Assembly (NCBI GenBank): GCA_043826355.1
Contig: JBDRQI010000036.1
Coordinates: 1-64,000, forward strand
DNA: 64,000 nt
Origin: Candidatus Omnitrophota bacterium
GTDB lineage: Bacteria > Ratteibacteria > UBA8468 > MWAK01
Direction: 5' to 3'
Made by a program: the position numbers and the translations under genes. Positions 20,797 to 30,358 of the stretch are shown in pieces. The number at the start of each line of letters is the position of its first letter. Positions within the stretch are counted from its first letter, which is position 1. The notes below the pieces were generated by a model, which saw nothing but the letters and a program-made list of their open reading frames with translations, did not search any database and had not been told where the DNA came from.

Positions 20797-22562
20797 GTTA
20801 ATTTGGGGGCCAAAAGACGCAAACCCAGTTCTTTTAGCTGTTTTTCCGTAACCGCAGCCGGCGCGTTGGTTAAAAAGCAGGTGCCTTTCTGGGTTTTAGG
20901 AAATGCGATAACCTCACGAATTGATTCCAGACCAAGCAGGGTGGCTATGAGGCGGTCAAAACCGATTGCCAATCCGCCGTGAGGCGGCGCTCCGTATTCC
21001 AACGCCTTTAGAAAAAATCCAAACTGTTCCTGAAAAGCCTGCTCCGGCATGCCCAGAACCGAAAAGACTTTCCGCTGAAGTTCCGGGTTATGAATACGAA
21101 TACTGCCTCCGCCAATCTCCGAGCCGTTCAAAACAAGATCGTAAGCAAGCCCGCGTACTTTCAAAGGTTCGGAATCCAAAAAAGAAATGTCTTCCGGCCG
21201 GGGAGCGGTAAACGGATGATGCACCGAAATCAGGCGCTTTTCCTCTTCGCTGTATTCCAGGAGCGGAAAATCGGTAACCCACAAAAAATTTAAACTCTTC
21301 TCGGAAATCAGGTTAAACTCTTTTGCCATTTGAAGCCGGAATATTCCCAGAATTACGCTTGCCTTAACCGGCTCATCCGCCACCAGGAAAATTACGCCCT
21401 GTTTAACATTATTCTGTTCTGCCAGAGAACTTAAAGTTTCCGGAGAGATAAATTTAGCAATCGGCGAAGTAAATTCCGTGCCGTTAACCTTAATCCAGAC
21501 CAGACCTTTGGCGCCTAATTCCAGGGCCTTTTCCTGGTAAACCTTCAACTGGGTATTGGAAGGTTCGATCTGCGATATCGCCAACGACCGCACCCTTTTC
21601 CCTTCCGCTGCCGCTTTGCGGAAAATTTCAAAAGAAGAACTGGCGAAAAGTTCGGTCACATCTTCAATTTTTGAATCTATTCTTAAATCCGGTTTATCGG
21701 AACCGTAAGCCGCAATCGCCTCCTGGTAAGTCATTCTGGGAAAAGGCCTGCTGACAAGCGGTTTATCCAGCACAGCCTGGTGGACCCGGTTTACCAATTC
21801 TTCCACCAACATCTGAATATCCTCCGGCTCTACAAAAGAAGCCTCCAGATCAATCTGGGTGTGCTCCAGTTGCCGGTCTGCCCGCAGGTCTTCATCGCGC
21901 AAACACCGCGCCAACTGGAAGTAACGGTCAAACCCAGCCACCATCAGAATTTGTTTAGATAGTTGCGGACTCTGCGGCAGAGCATAGAATTTACCCGGTT
22001 CTAACCGGCTGGGAACCAAAAAATCACGCGCCCCTTCCGGCGTGCTCCGGGTCAAAAGCGGGGTCTCAATCTCCACAAAACCCTGTTCGGATAGAAAGTT
22101 CCGGGCCGCAACCGCGGCCTTGTGCCGCAGGAGTAAATTCTGCTGCATTCCGGGCCGGCGGAGGTCCAGGTAGCGATAAGAAAGCCGGACCGACTCCGAA
22201 ACCGAGCCATCGTCACCGATCTCAAAAGGCAGGGAGGGACAGCGGTTCAGCACCGTTATTTCTGCGGCGGCAACTTCAATCTCACCGGTACCAATCCGGC
22301 TGTTTTCTGTTCCGGGCGGCCGGCGGACAACCTTCCCTTTGGCTTGAATTACGTCTTCGCTGTGGAGCGAAGAAACCTGCCGAAAAGAATCCTTGGAAAG
22401 CACTTCCGGATTAAAGACCACCTGGGTCACTCCGTACCGGTCCCGCAGGTCAACAAAGATAATGCCACCGTGGTCCCGGCGGGACGCGACCCAACCGGCC
22501 AGGATTACTTCTTCGCCTAAATTATTAATGGCCAATTCTCCGCAGGTCGCCGTTCTCAACAT
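20793..22562 (-). CDS. aspS: Aspartate-tRNA ligase
   Basis: [38 protein letters not shown]. Confidence 0.97.
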   Translation of the reverse strand: MLRTATCGELAINNLGEEVILAGWVASRRDHGGIIFVDLRDRYGVTQVVFNPEVLSKDSFRQVSSLHSEDVIQAKGKVVRRPPGTENSRIGTGEIEVAAAEITVLNRCPSLPFEIGDDGSVSESVRLSYRYLDLRRPGMQQNLLLRHKAAVAARNFLSEQGFVEIETPLLTRSTPEGARDFLVPSRLEPGKFYALPQSPQLSKQILMVAGFDRYFQLARCLRDEDLRADRQLEHTQIDLEASFVEPEDIQMLVEELVNRVHQAVLDKPLVSRPFPRMTYQEAIAAYGSDKPDLRIDSKIEDVTELFASSSFEIFRKAAAEGKRVRSLAISQIEPSNTQLKVYQEKALELGAKGLVWIKVNGTEFTSPIAKFISPETLSSLAEQNNVKQGVIFLVADEPVKASVILGIFRLQMAKEFNLISEKSLNFLWVTDFPLLEYSEEEKRLISVHHPFTAPRPEDISFLDSEPLKVRGLAYDLVLNGSEIGGGSIRIHNPELQRKVFSVLGMPEQAFQEQFGFFLKALEYGAPPHGGLAIGFDRLIATLLGLESIREVIAFPKTQKGTCFLTNAPAAVTEKQLKELGLRLLAPKLT

Positions 22563-23791
22563 CTTTTCAGCCTTTCAATCAAATCTGTTTCTTGAACTGA
22601 TTTTTGAGTGCCGGAGTCGAGGTCGCGCACGATCACTTCGCCTCTTTCCATCTCATCCGGACCGATAATCAGAGCGATTTCACAGTTATCTTTATCTGCC
22701 AGCCGCAGTTGAGCCTTAAGACTCTTTTCCTCCGCAGAAAGCGTAACCGGAACGGTCAGTGATTTCCGCAGGGAAATCATCAGGCCGAAAGACTTTTCCA
22801 AAGAAACAGCGTCCAGGTATATCAAGCGAATTCCGCTCCTCTGTTCGGAAAGAGACGGCATCAGGCCAAGAATACGTTCCAGGCCAATCGCAAAACCCAG
22901 GGCCGCGGTCTGCGGCCCGCCCAGATCCGCAACCAGGTTGTCATAGCGTCCACCGGCCGCAAGGGCGTTCTCGCCGTTATCCGGGGTTACCTCCCAGACG
23001 GTTCGCGTATAATAATCAAGACCGCGGACCAGGTTTCCTGCAACACAGTAACTGATATTGATTCCGTCCATGTATTTTAATACCATCTTAAAGTGCTGAC
23101 GACAATCCGAACATAAAGAATTACTGATAACCGGCGCCTCTCTCAGAATATCCTTACAACCGGCTGCCTTGCAATCCAGGGTTCGAAGCGGATTTTTCTG
23201 GAGACGATTCCGGCAGTCTTCGCAAAGTTCTTTTTTTCTTTTCTCTAAAAACTCCGCCAGGGTCTTTCCGTAATTCTCCTGACAGATACGGCAGCCGAGC
23301 GAATTTATCTTAATCGTAAACGGTCCGATTTCGGCCGCGTTCATGATTTCGCTGAGTATAAAAATCACTTCTGCGTCGGTGCAGGCCTGGCCGGAAGCAA
23401 AAACTTCTACGCCCAACTGTAAAAACTGGCGGTATCTCTCCTTTTGCGGCCGGTCATAGCGGAACATCGGTCCGAAATAATAGAACCTTGCAGCCGGGTT
23501 GGAATAAGAAAAGTTATGTTCCAAATAGGCCCGTACGATGGAAACGGTTCCTTCCGGGCGCAAAGCCAGAAGCCGGTTCTTGCGGTCGGAAAAGGTGTAC
23601 ATCTCCTTACTGATAATATCGCTCTCTTTCCCGATTGACCGGTCAAAAAGCCTCGCCTCTTCCAGAATGGGAGTTTCCAACTCGCGAAAACCGGCTTTTT
23701 CCAGAATTTCTATCGATCTATTCAGAAAGGACCGTAACCGTTTCGCCTCGGTTGGGAGAAGATCATAGGTACCCCGCAATGCTTGATACAT
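22556..23791 (-). CDS. hisS: Histidine-tRNA ligase
   Basis: [35 protein letters not shown]. Confidence 0.97.
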   Translation of the reverse strand: MYQALRGTYDLLPTEAKRLRSFLNRSIEILEKAGFRELETPILEEARLFDRSIGKESDIISKEMYTFSDRKNRLLALRPEGTVSIVRAYLEHNFSYSNPAARFYYFGPMFRYDRPQKERYRQFLQLGVEVFASGQACTDAEVIFILSEIMNAAEIGPFTIKINSLGCRICQENYGKTLAEFLEKRKKELCEDCRNRLQKNPLRTLDCKAAGCKDILREAPVISNSLCSDCRQHFKMVLKYMDGINISYCVAGNLVRGLDYYTRTVWEVTPDNGENALAAGGRYDNLVADLGGPQTAALGFAIGLERILGLMPSLSEQRSGIRLIYLDAVSLEKSFGLMISLRKSLTVPVTLSAEEKSLKAQLRLADKDNCEIALIIGPDEMERGEVIVRDLDSGTQKSVQETDLIERLKRC

Positions 23792-23799
23792 AGTATGTT

Positions 23800-23829
23800 A
23801 TTATACGCTGTAGCGGTTGGAAACGTCAA
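23800..23829 (-). promoter_or_regulatory. Sigma70 promoter of hisS (near-leaderless)
   Basis: TTGACG-N18-TATAAT, 8 nt before ATG. Confidence 0.7.
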
Positions 23830-23895
23830 ACATTATAACGGCTTGCCGAAATGCCGAAACGGGGATAAAACAAAAAAACATGGTTACGCGGCATA

Positions 23896-24300
23896 TTACG
23901 AATAAATTTGATTCTCCAATTCCTTAATCCAGGCATTTACTTCTTCAATTACATCCCGTACCATCTCACGCAGGGAAAGGACCGTCAGTGTTTCAAACTC
24001 GCACTCCAATAGCAGAGAGAGTACCTTTTCACACTCATCGGACACCTCTTTCGCTTCCCGGCAGAGACGAATGTTTTCTTCAAGAAATTCCTGGTCGTAT
24101 CCCAGGCAATGTCCGCTGGCAATCTTGGCGGCAATCAGATTTGCCTTGCGGTGCAGGCGGTCAATCTCCGGCTTGCCCTGTTTGGCTTCGTAAATCTTCA
24201 GCGTAAATTCGTTGACCGCCCGGCCTAACCTGACAGCTGACTGGTAAGCCGGAATTTTCCGCGCCCCCCGCAAACCTTCCGTATCGTCTGAATAGTTCAT
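23896..24300 (-). CDS. Four-helix bundle protein (23S rRNA IVP / bAvd-like)
   Basis: 134 aa all-helical; 'AYQ.A', 'I.AKIA.G' pattern. Confidence 0.6.
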   Translation of the reverse strand: MNYSDDTEGLRGARKIPAYQSAVRLGRAVNEFTLKIYEAKQGKPEIDRLHRKANLIAAKIASGHCLGYDQEFLEENIRLCREAKEVSDECEKVLSLLLECEFETLTVLSLREMVRDVIEEVNAWIKELENQIYS

Positions 24301-24309
24301 TTTAATTGT

Positions 24310-24783
24310 CTATATTTTTGAAAAATAGTCTGCTAAAATTTCCCGGTGGTCAAAAGCAATTTCGTCCGGCAGATCTTTTTCACCAAAAACTCCGATTTCA
24401 ATTGCATCGTCTTCCGCTTTCGGCCGGCCGCCGGCCTTGGCCGTAAAAACGGTAGAAATGGTGTGAAAACGCCGGTCCCGGAACGGAGCGCCGTAGGTAT
24501 GAAATTGGTGCAGGTTGCTGACTTCCAAACTGGTCTCTTCTTTTGCCTCGCGGGCTGCGGCTTCTTCCAGACTTTCTCCCCATTCAACAAACCCGCCCGG
24601 AATCGCCCAACCATACGGCGGGTTCTTCCGTTTAATTAAAATCACCCGGCCATCGTCAGTCTCAATGATAATATCCACCGTGGGAACCGGGTAATGTCCT
24701 AATTTCCGCCGGATATAACCAAGGCGACCGGCCGCCGTTCTTTTAAAAATCTGCCAGGAAAAAAATATGCGTTTAAAATCCAT
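24310..24783 (-). CDS. NUDIX hydrolase
   Basis: Nudix box [23 protein letters not shown]. Confidence 0.92.
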   Translation of the reverse strand: MDFKRIFFSWQIFKRTAAGRLGYIRRKLGHYPVPTVDIIIETDDGRVILIKRKNPPYGWAIPGGFVEWGESLEEAAAREAKEETSLEVSNLHQFHTYGAPFRDRRFHTISTVFTAKAGGRPKAEDDAIEIGVFGEKDLPDEIAFDHREILADYFSKI

Positions 24784-24845
24784 GCGGATATTGTATCATA
24801 AATCACAATTTTGCGGCTGTCCCCCAAAAATGTTAAAATAAAGAG

Positions 24846-25631
24846 ATGGTTTTTACGAAAGCGGTTGGTTCCGGAAACGATTTCATCATCATTGACAGCC
24901 GGTTGGAAAAAGTTCCCGACCCGGCTCAAATGGCGCAGGACTTATGCCGGAGGCATCTATCCGTTGGAGCCGATGGCATACTTCTGCTGGAGGATTCACA
25001 CCAGGCTGAATACCGCATGCGCATCTTCAACCCGGACGGCTCGGAAGCGGAAATGTGCGGAAACGGCTTGCGCTGTTTCCTGTTTTACCTGGTCCGCAAA
25101 GAACTAACTGAGACAGAACGCTTTATCACGGTGGAAACGAAAGCCGGCCTGCGCCGGGGAAAAGTGAAGGGGAATTTCGTTACCGCCAGCCTGGGTGAAC
25201 CCGGGAACCCAGCGCTATCTTTTCCCCTGGACATTGAAGGAAGACAATTTACGGCCAGTTTCGTCAACACCGGCGTTCCCCATACGGTAATCGAGGTTAA
25301 AGACCTGGCAAACTTTCCGGTAAAGGAACTGGGACGCAAAATCCGTTTTCACCCCAGATTTGCGCCGGACGGCACCAACGTTGATTTTGTGGGAATAAGA
25401 AATAATCTCATCCTCATCCGAACGTACGAACGGGGCGTAGAAGACGAAACGCTCTCCTGCGGGACCGGGACTGCGGCGGCCGGTTTCCTGCTTTGCCAAC
25501 TCGGCAAAATTCACCTGCCGGTTAGCGTTCAGGCGGCTTCCGGAGAAACCCTGACCGTCAGCGAACAGGATAAGGAAATATTTATCGCCGGAGAGGTGCG
25601 CATCGTCTATGAGGGCGTCCTCTCCGATTGA
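24846..25631 (+). CDS. dapF: Diaminopimelate epimerase
   Basis: GNDF, N.DGSEAEMCGNG, GVPH, ERGV..ETLSCGTG. Confidence 0.96.
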   Translation: MVFTKAVGSGNDFIIIDSRLEKVPDPAQMAQDLCRRHLSVGADGILLLEDSHQAEYRMRIFNPDGSEAEMCGNGLRCFLFYLVRKELTETERFITVETKAGLRRGKVKGNFVTASLGEPGNPALSFPLDIEGRQFTASFVNTGVPHTVIEVKDLANFPVKELGRKIRFHPRFAPDGTNVDFVGIRNNLILIRTYERGVEDETLSCGTGTAAAGFLLCQLGKIHLPVSVQAASGETLTVSEQDKEIFIAGEVRIVYEGVLSD

Positions 25632-27087
25632 GCCATTGCCGGCCGGACTCGTATTTTTTATCTTCGGGATTTTACTCTCCGGAATAGTTCCCCAGAATCC
25701 GCACCTCTTCTTCTATCTGGCCGTATTATCGCTGCTGACGTTCGCTGCAACCATTCACCGAAAAGAAACTCTTTCTTTTGTCCTCTTTCTGATTTGCCTT
25801 CTTTTTTTCGGCATCAGCCACACCCAACGCTACCGGAGCATCCCGCTTTCCAATATCAGCCGGTTTCAAACTCAGGGACCAATACTCATTCAGGGAACAG
25901 TGGTCAACAACCCCGCAGAGGAAAGCGGAAGAGCGCTGCTGCGCCTGGAAAAGATTGTGGAGCCGATCAACATCCGGCCGGTCAGCGGAAACCTGCTTCT
26001 GACCTTCAGGGACGGGTCCGTACCGCTCTACTACGGAGACCGCGTCAGGGCGAGGGTAGTCGTGGAAAAACCGGCTTCGGAAAACAATTTTGATTACCCG
26101 GCCCATCTTGCCCGCCGGCGTATCTATGCGGTTGCCTATTCAAAGAGCGCCGACCTGTCCGTTTTCGGTACAGAAAAACTTTCCCGGATACTTTCCTTTT
26201 CGTTCCGTCTGAGAACGTACCTGAAGAACAAACTGACCCAAACCGTACCGGAAGAACCGCAGGCGTCCATTCTGGAAGCGATGTCATTCGGCCTGAGCCG
26301 GCCGAAAGCGGTCGTAAAAGAACCTTTCCGGAAAATCGGCATCTACCACCTTCTGGTCGTTTCCGGTCTTCACGTCGGATTTTTCCTGCTCTTCCTGCAC
26401 CTAGCCCTGTCTCCTTTCCCGCTGCACCCGCGGTTGCGCGCGTTATGCTGTCTTCCCGCCATCTTGCTTTTTACCCTGGCCTGCGGCCTGGCCGCGCCGG
26501 TGGTACGCGCCGGACTGATGGCCGGATTTTACTACCTGGGCAAAGCCCTGAACCGACCGAGCAAACCAATTTACGCCCTCTCTTTTGCCGCCTTTCTCCT
26601 GCTTATGGTCAACCCCCTTTCCCTCTTCAACGCGGGATGGCAGTTGACCTTCGGCATCACCCTGGGTCTCATTGCCGGAACGCATCGAGTAAACAGCTAC
26701 TTCCCGCTCTTCCCAAACTGGCTGGCAACCGGCCTGGCAGCCGCGCTTATCGGCCAGTTGACCGGTATTCCACTGGTCGCCTTCCATTTTGGAAATATAC
26801 CGGTCATAGGTGTTTTTGCTAACCTTTTTTTCGTGCCGTTTTTGGCGTTGATAGTTTTTCTAACCTTTCTGGTTGTGCTGTTCGGTCCGGCCGGCGCTAT
26901 TTTCGGGCCGGCCGCTCTTTTCCTTTCAACCGCTTTCTATTACCTTACCCGGGCAATCTCCGAACTGCCTTTTATCTCCTTAACAGTCCCGACGGGCAGA
27001 TACTACTATTTTCTCGGTTATATACCGCTGGCGGTTTTATTGATTTTCGGGCGGAAAAGGGTACTGCCAAAGAACGACAAAAAATGA
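25609..27087 (+). CDS. comEC: ComEC/Rec2 competence protein (no C-terminal metallo-beta-lactamase domain)
   Basis: OB-fold region, HLLVVSGLHVG, VVRA.LM, GWQLTF. Confidence 0.9.
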   Translation: MRASSPIEPLPAGLVFFIFGILLSGIVPQNPHLFFYLAVLSLLTFAATIHRKETLSFVLFLICLLFFGISHTQRYRSIPLSNISRFQTQGPILIQGTVVNNPAEESGRALLRLEKIVEPINIRPVSGNLLLTFRDGSVPLYYGDRVRARVVVEKPASENNFDYPAHLARRRIYAVAYSKSADLSVFGTEKLSRILSFSFRLRTYLKNKLTQTVPEEPQASILEAMSFGLSRPKAVVKEPFRKIGIYHLLVVSGLHVGFFLLFLHLALSPFPLHPRLRALCCLPAILLFTLACGLAAPVVRAGLMAGFYYLGKALNRPSKPIYALSFAAFLLLMVNPLSLFNAGWQLTFGITLGLIAGTHRVNSYFPLFPNWLATGLAAALIGQLTGIPLVAFHFGNIPVIGVFANLFFVPFLALIVFLTFLVVLFGPAGAIFGPAALFLSTAFYYLTRAISELPFISLTVPTGRYYYFLGYIPLAVLLIFGRKRVLPKNDKK

Positions 27088-27191
27088 ACCGCAGAGTTCT
27101 CGCCAGAGTTCGGCTCGCCTAGGCGGCGAAGCCGACTGGCGAAGTCTGACGACGGCGTAATCTGACGATCTGACGACGCGGAGAACGCAGA
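27087..27191. repeat. Nested palindromic repeat (AACCGCAGAG...CGCGGAGAACGCAGAG type)
   Basis: Inner hairpin TCGCCAG...CTGGCGA and three TCTGACGA copies, between convergent comEC and rplT. Confidence 0.55.
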
Positions 27192-27230
27192 GAGGTACAG
27201 AGGAATGAGAAAGTAATTAGAAGTAATTAT

Positions 27231-27608
27231 TTAAGCGGAAGGCTGGGGAGGAGCGGACAGCTTGCTTTTGGCGGTTTCCGCCAGTTTCTGAAAAGTGGCC
27301 GGCTCGGAAACAGCCAGGTCCGCCAGAACTTTCCGGTCAAGCATAATTCCGGCTTCTTTCAAGCCATGAATGAAGCGGCGATAAGAAAGACCATGCTCTC
27401 GCGCCGCAGCGTTAATGTTGACAATCCACAATGAACGAAAATCACGCTTCCGTATCCGGCGTCCACGCCAGGCGTAATCCAGACTCTTCTCCGAAAACTG
27501 CTTGGCAAACTGGTACCATTTAGAACGAGCCTGGCGAAAACCCTTGGCGCGCTTTAATACCTTCTTGTGCCGCTGACGTGCAGCCGGATTATTTGTACTC
27601 CTAGGCAT
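27231..27608 (-). CDS. rplT: 50S ribosomal protein L20
   Basis: [33 protein letters not shown]. Confidence 0.97.
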   Translation of the reverse strand: MPRSTNNPAARQRHKKVLKRAKGFRQARSKWYQFAKQFSEKSLDYAWRGRRIRKRDFRSLWIVNINAAAREHGLSYRRFIHGLKEAGIMLDRKVLADLAVSEPATFQKLAETAKSKLSAPPQPSA

Positions 27609-27798
27609 AAGGCATCAACCTCCGAATCGATTTAACGTCGGAATCGGAAACCAGAACAGTTTTGCGCAATCTGGCTTTTTGCTTACGCGTTTTGCCCGAA
27701 AGAAGATGGCTGGCAAACGCCTGCGCCCGCTTGACCTTTCCAGAACCGGTTATTTTTAATCTTTTGGCCGCGCTCTTTCGCGTTTTATTTTTAGGCAT
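27601..27798 (-). CDS. rpmI: 50S ribosomal protein L35
   Basis: [21 protein letters not shown]; start re-assigned to ATG 27798. Confidence 0.96.
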   Translation of the reverse strand: MPKNKTRKSAAKRLKITGSGKVKRAQAFASHLLSGKTRKQKARLRKTVLVSDSDVKSIRRLMPYA

Positions 27799-27829
27799 CT
27801 TAATTTTTATCTTCTTCTCCAAGCGAGGT

Positions 27830-27990
27830 TTGTCTCTTTTGCAGCACTTGCGGAGTGACAGAGACAAGACAAGCAGTATTAGGGAATGAGTAGCCGTGGC
27901 TCATACGAACTAGTATTGAGAACACAGCGAGCCTTGTTCCCGAATTGCGTAGTCTTGTCCGGCACGCAGCACGTGCAGCAAAAGAGACAA
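27830..27990. repeat. Structured long-hairpin repeat element, copy 2
   Basis: Terminal IR TTGTCTCTTTTGC/GCAAAAGAGACAA; core homologous to 16131-16298. Confidence 0.8.
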
Positions 27991-28006
27991 CCGAGCGCTG
28001 TATATT

Positions 28007-28543
28007 TTACACCGGCCGCATAATTATGTCAATTGCGCCGCCTTCAAACCTCGAACTTCTCTCCACCACCGCGATTTCGGCTAATTCCTTGGTGAGCCGG
28101 TCCAAGATTTCACGTCCCCGTTCGGGGTGGATATTCTGGCGCCCGCGAAATCGCACTAAAACTTTAACCCGGTTCCCTTCTTTCAAAAATTCCCTGATAT
28201 GCTCTTTCTTGAAATTATAATCGTGTTCGCTGATTACCGGGGAAAACCTGATCTCCTTCTGTTCCACGGCCCGATGCTTCTTGCGCTGTTCACGTTCCTT
28301 CTTCTCCTGCTCATATTTATACTTGTGAAAATCGATTATCCGGCAGACCGGCGGAATTGATTGAGCTACAATCTCCACCAGGTCAAGACCGACTGCCTTC
28401 GCGCGCGCCAGCGCATCTTCGCGCTTTACCACACCGGCGGCATTACCGGCTTCGTCAATTAGCCGTAATTCCTTTGCGTTAATCTGGTAATTTACCCTGA
28501 TAAATCTTTTTGTCGGTCTGCGTACAAACTTTCTTCCTGGAAT
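28007..28543 (-). CDS. infC: Translation initiation factor IF-3 with non-canonical ATT start
   Basis: Frame open upstream of the annotated GTG (RVNYQINAKELRLID); GGAGGT SD, then ATT overlapping the thrS TAA. Confidence 0.93.
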   Translation of the reverse strand: MPGRKFVRRPTKRFIRVNYQINAKELRLIDEAGNAAGVVKREDALARAKAVGLDLVEIVAQSIPPVCRIIDFHKYKYEQEKKEREQRKKHRAVEQKEIRFSPVISEHDYNFKKEHIREFLKEGNRVKVLVRFRGRQNIHPERGREILDRLTKELAEIAVVERSSRFEGGAIDIIMRPV

Positions 28544-30282
28544 TATGTCGCACCTCCTGTTTGATTAGAAAGTTCCTTGAATTTTACAATCAGTTCCTCC
28601 AAAGGCACCACGCCCTGCTCGCCTTTTCCGTGCTGACGCAAGGAAACCGTGCCTGCTTCCTGTTCCCGTTTTCCCAGAATCGCCAGAAGGGGAATTTTTT
28701 CCAGTTCCGCCCGTCTGATCTTTTTGGAAATTTTTTCGTCAGAGTTATCAATCATAACCCGAAACCCGTCTTTCGTCAAGCGCTCAAATACTCTTTGAGC
28801 ATAATCAGATTCCTTTTCGGTAATCGGCAGGACAGCCAACTGCACCGGCGCCAACCAGAACGGGAAAGCGCCCTTGTAATGTTCAATCAGCACTCCAAAA
28901 AACCTCTCCAGGGAACCCAGCAAGGCCCGGTGAATCATAATCGGCTGTTCTTCCTTTCCTTTAGAATTCATAAAGGAAAGACCGAAACGTTCCGGCAGGT
29001 TGAAGTCAACCTGGATGGTTGAACACTGCCAGGAACGGCCTAATGCATCCTTGATCTTAATATCGATTTTAGGCCCGTAAAAAACACCTTCGCCGGGGTC
29101 AACCCGGTAGACGATGCCGAGTGATTTCAAACTCTCTTTCAAAGCGGACGTGGACCGTTCCCAGTTCTCTTCGGAACCGACGAACTTTTCCGGCCGGGTA
29201 CTCAAAAAAATATCAAATTCATTAAAGCCAAAAGTTCTTAATAAGTCCAGGGTGAAAGAGACCGCATCCTTGACCTCGTTATTCAGGTCTTCGGGACGAC
29301 AAAATATGTGGGCGTCATCCTGGGTGAATCCCCGTACCCGCAGGAGACCATGCAGCACCCCGCTCTTCTCCAGGCGATAGACGGTACCCATCTCCGCCCA
29401 TCTTAGCGGTAGTTCCCGGTAACTGCGGCGGCGGTTCTTGTATATCAGAATGTGGCCGGGGCAGTTCATCGGTTTAACCTGTAAACGCTGGTTTTCCATC
29501 TGCAGGGCCGGAAACATATACTGCCGGTAAAAATCAAGGTGTCCGGATACCTGCCAGAGATGTTCATCGGCCAAATGGGGGGTATAGAGAATCTGGTAAC
29601 CGCGCTTCTGCTGTTCATGCATCAAATGTTCTTCGATGACGCGCCTGACCGCAGCTCCTTTGGGGTGCCAGAAGACGAAGCCCGGTCCGGCCTCGTCCTG
29701 AAAACTGTAAAGGTCAAGTTCCACACCCAACCGGCGGTGGTCCCGCTCCTTTATCTCTTCCAGACGCACCAGGTATTCATCCAAAGCAGTCTGGTCGGGA
29801 AACGAAATTCCGTAAATGCGCTGCATGCTCTCCCGTTTTTCATCGGCCCGCCAGTAGCTGGCTGCCACGGAAAGGAGGGTAAGCGCTTTGACTTTTCCGG
29901 TTGACTCCAGGTGTGGACCGGCGCATAAATCAATAAACCCGTCCTGTCGGTAAAAAGTAATGTTACAGTCGGGAATCTCGCTCAAAATTTCCAGTTTAAA
30001 TTTTTCCCCGTCTTTTTGGAGAAGAATCTCCGCTTCCGTTCGCTCTTTTTCCTCCCGGACTACCGGCAGGTCAGCCGCCGCAATTTCTTTCATTCTGGCT
30101 TCGATCCGTTTCAAATCTTCCGGCGTAAACGGCTGCAACCGGTAAAAATCATAATAAAAACCATTTTCAATCGCCGGTCCGGTCCCTAACTTCACTTCCG
30201 GATACAGGTCCTTAACCGCGTGCGCAAGAATGTGGCTGGTTGTATGCCAGAACACCTGCAGGTTTTCTTTGTCGTCAATCAT
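28543..30282 (-). CDS. thrS: Threonine-tRNA ligase (no N-terminal TGS domain)
   Basis: HTTSH, DLCAGPH, RDHR.LG, KPMNCP, RVRGFTQDDAHIFC, FYGPKID. Confidence 0.97.
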   Translation of the reverse strand: MIDDKENLQVFWHTTSHILAHAVKDLYPEVKLGTGPAIENGFYYDFYRLQPFTPEDLKRIEARMKEIAAADLPVVREEKERTEAEILLQKDGEKFKLEILSEIPDCNITFYRQDGFIDLCAGPHLESTGKVKALTLLSVAASYWRADEKRESMQRIYGISFPDQTALDEYLVRLEEIKERDHRRLGVELDLYSFQDEAGPGFVFWHPKGAAVRRVIEEHLMHEQQKRGYQILYTPHLADEHLWQVSGHLDFYRQYMFPALQMENQRLQVKPMNCPGHILIYKNRRRSYRELPLRWAEMGTVYRLEKSGVLHGLLRVRGFTQDDAHIFCRPEDLNNEVKDAVSFTLDLLRTFGFNEFDIFLSTRPEKFVGSEENWERSTSALKESLKSLGIVYRVDPGEGVFYGPKIDIKIKDALGRSWQCSTIQVDFNLPERFGLSFMNSKGKEEQPIMIHRALLGSLERFFGVLIEHYKGAFPFWLAPVQLAVLPITEKESDYAQRVFERLTKDGFRVMIDNSDEKISKKIRRAELEKIPLLAILGKREQEAGTVSLRQHGKGEQGVVPLEELIVKFKELSNQTGGAT

Positions 30283-30292
30283 AATTTATTAT

Positions 30293-30358
30293 GTAGGGGT
30301 CGCATTCCCGCCTGAGGCGGATCTGCGACATGCGGACTTGATGAATCAAAGCCCCTAC
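30293..30358. repeat. GTAGGGG-type REP doublet with nested CCGCCTGAGGCGG hairpin
   Basis: Reverse complement closely matches 61515-61586; supplies the purB TAG stop. Confidence 0.8.

Noticed and set aside
27148..27176. CRISPR-like array from TCTGACGA repeats
   Set aside because: Only three 8-bp units with irregular spacing, and no cas genes.
27830..27990. L20 autoregulatory leader between infC and rpmI
   Set aside because: A homologous copy lies between the convergent gmk and xerC genes, which points to a repeat family rather than a ribosomal-protein leader.
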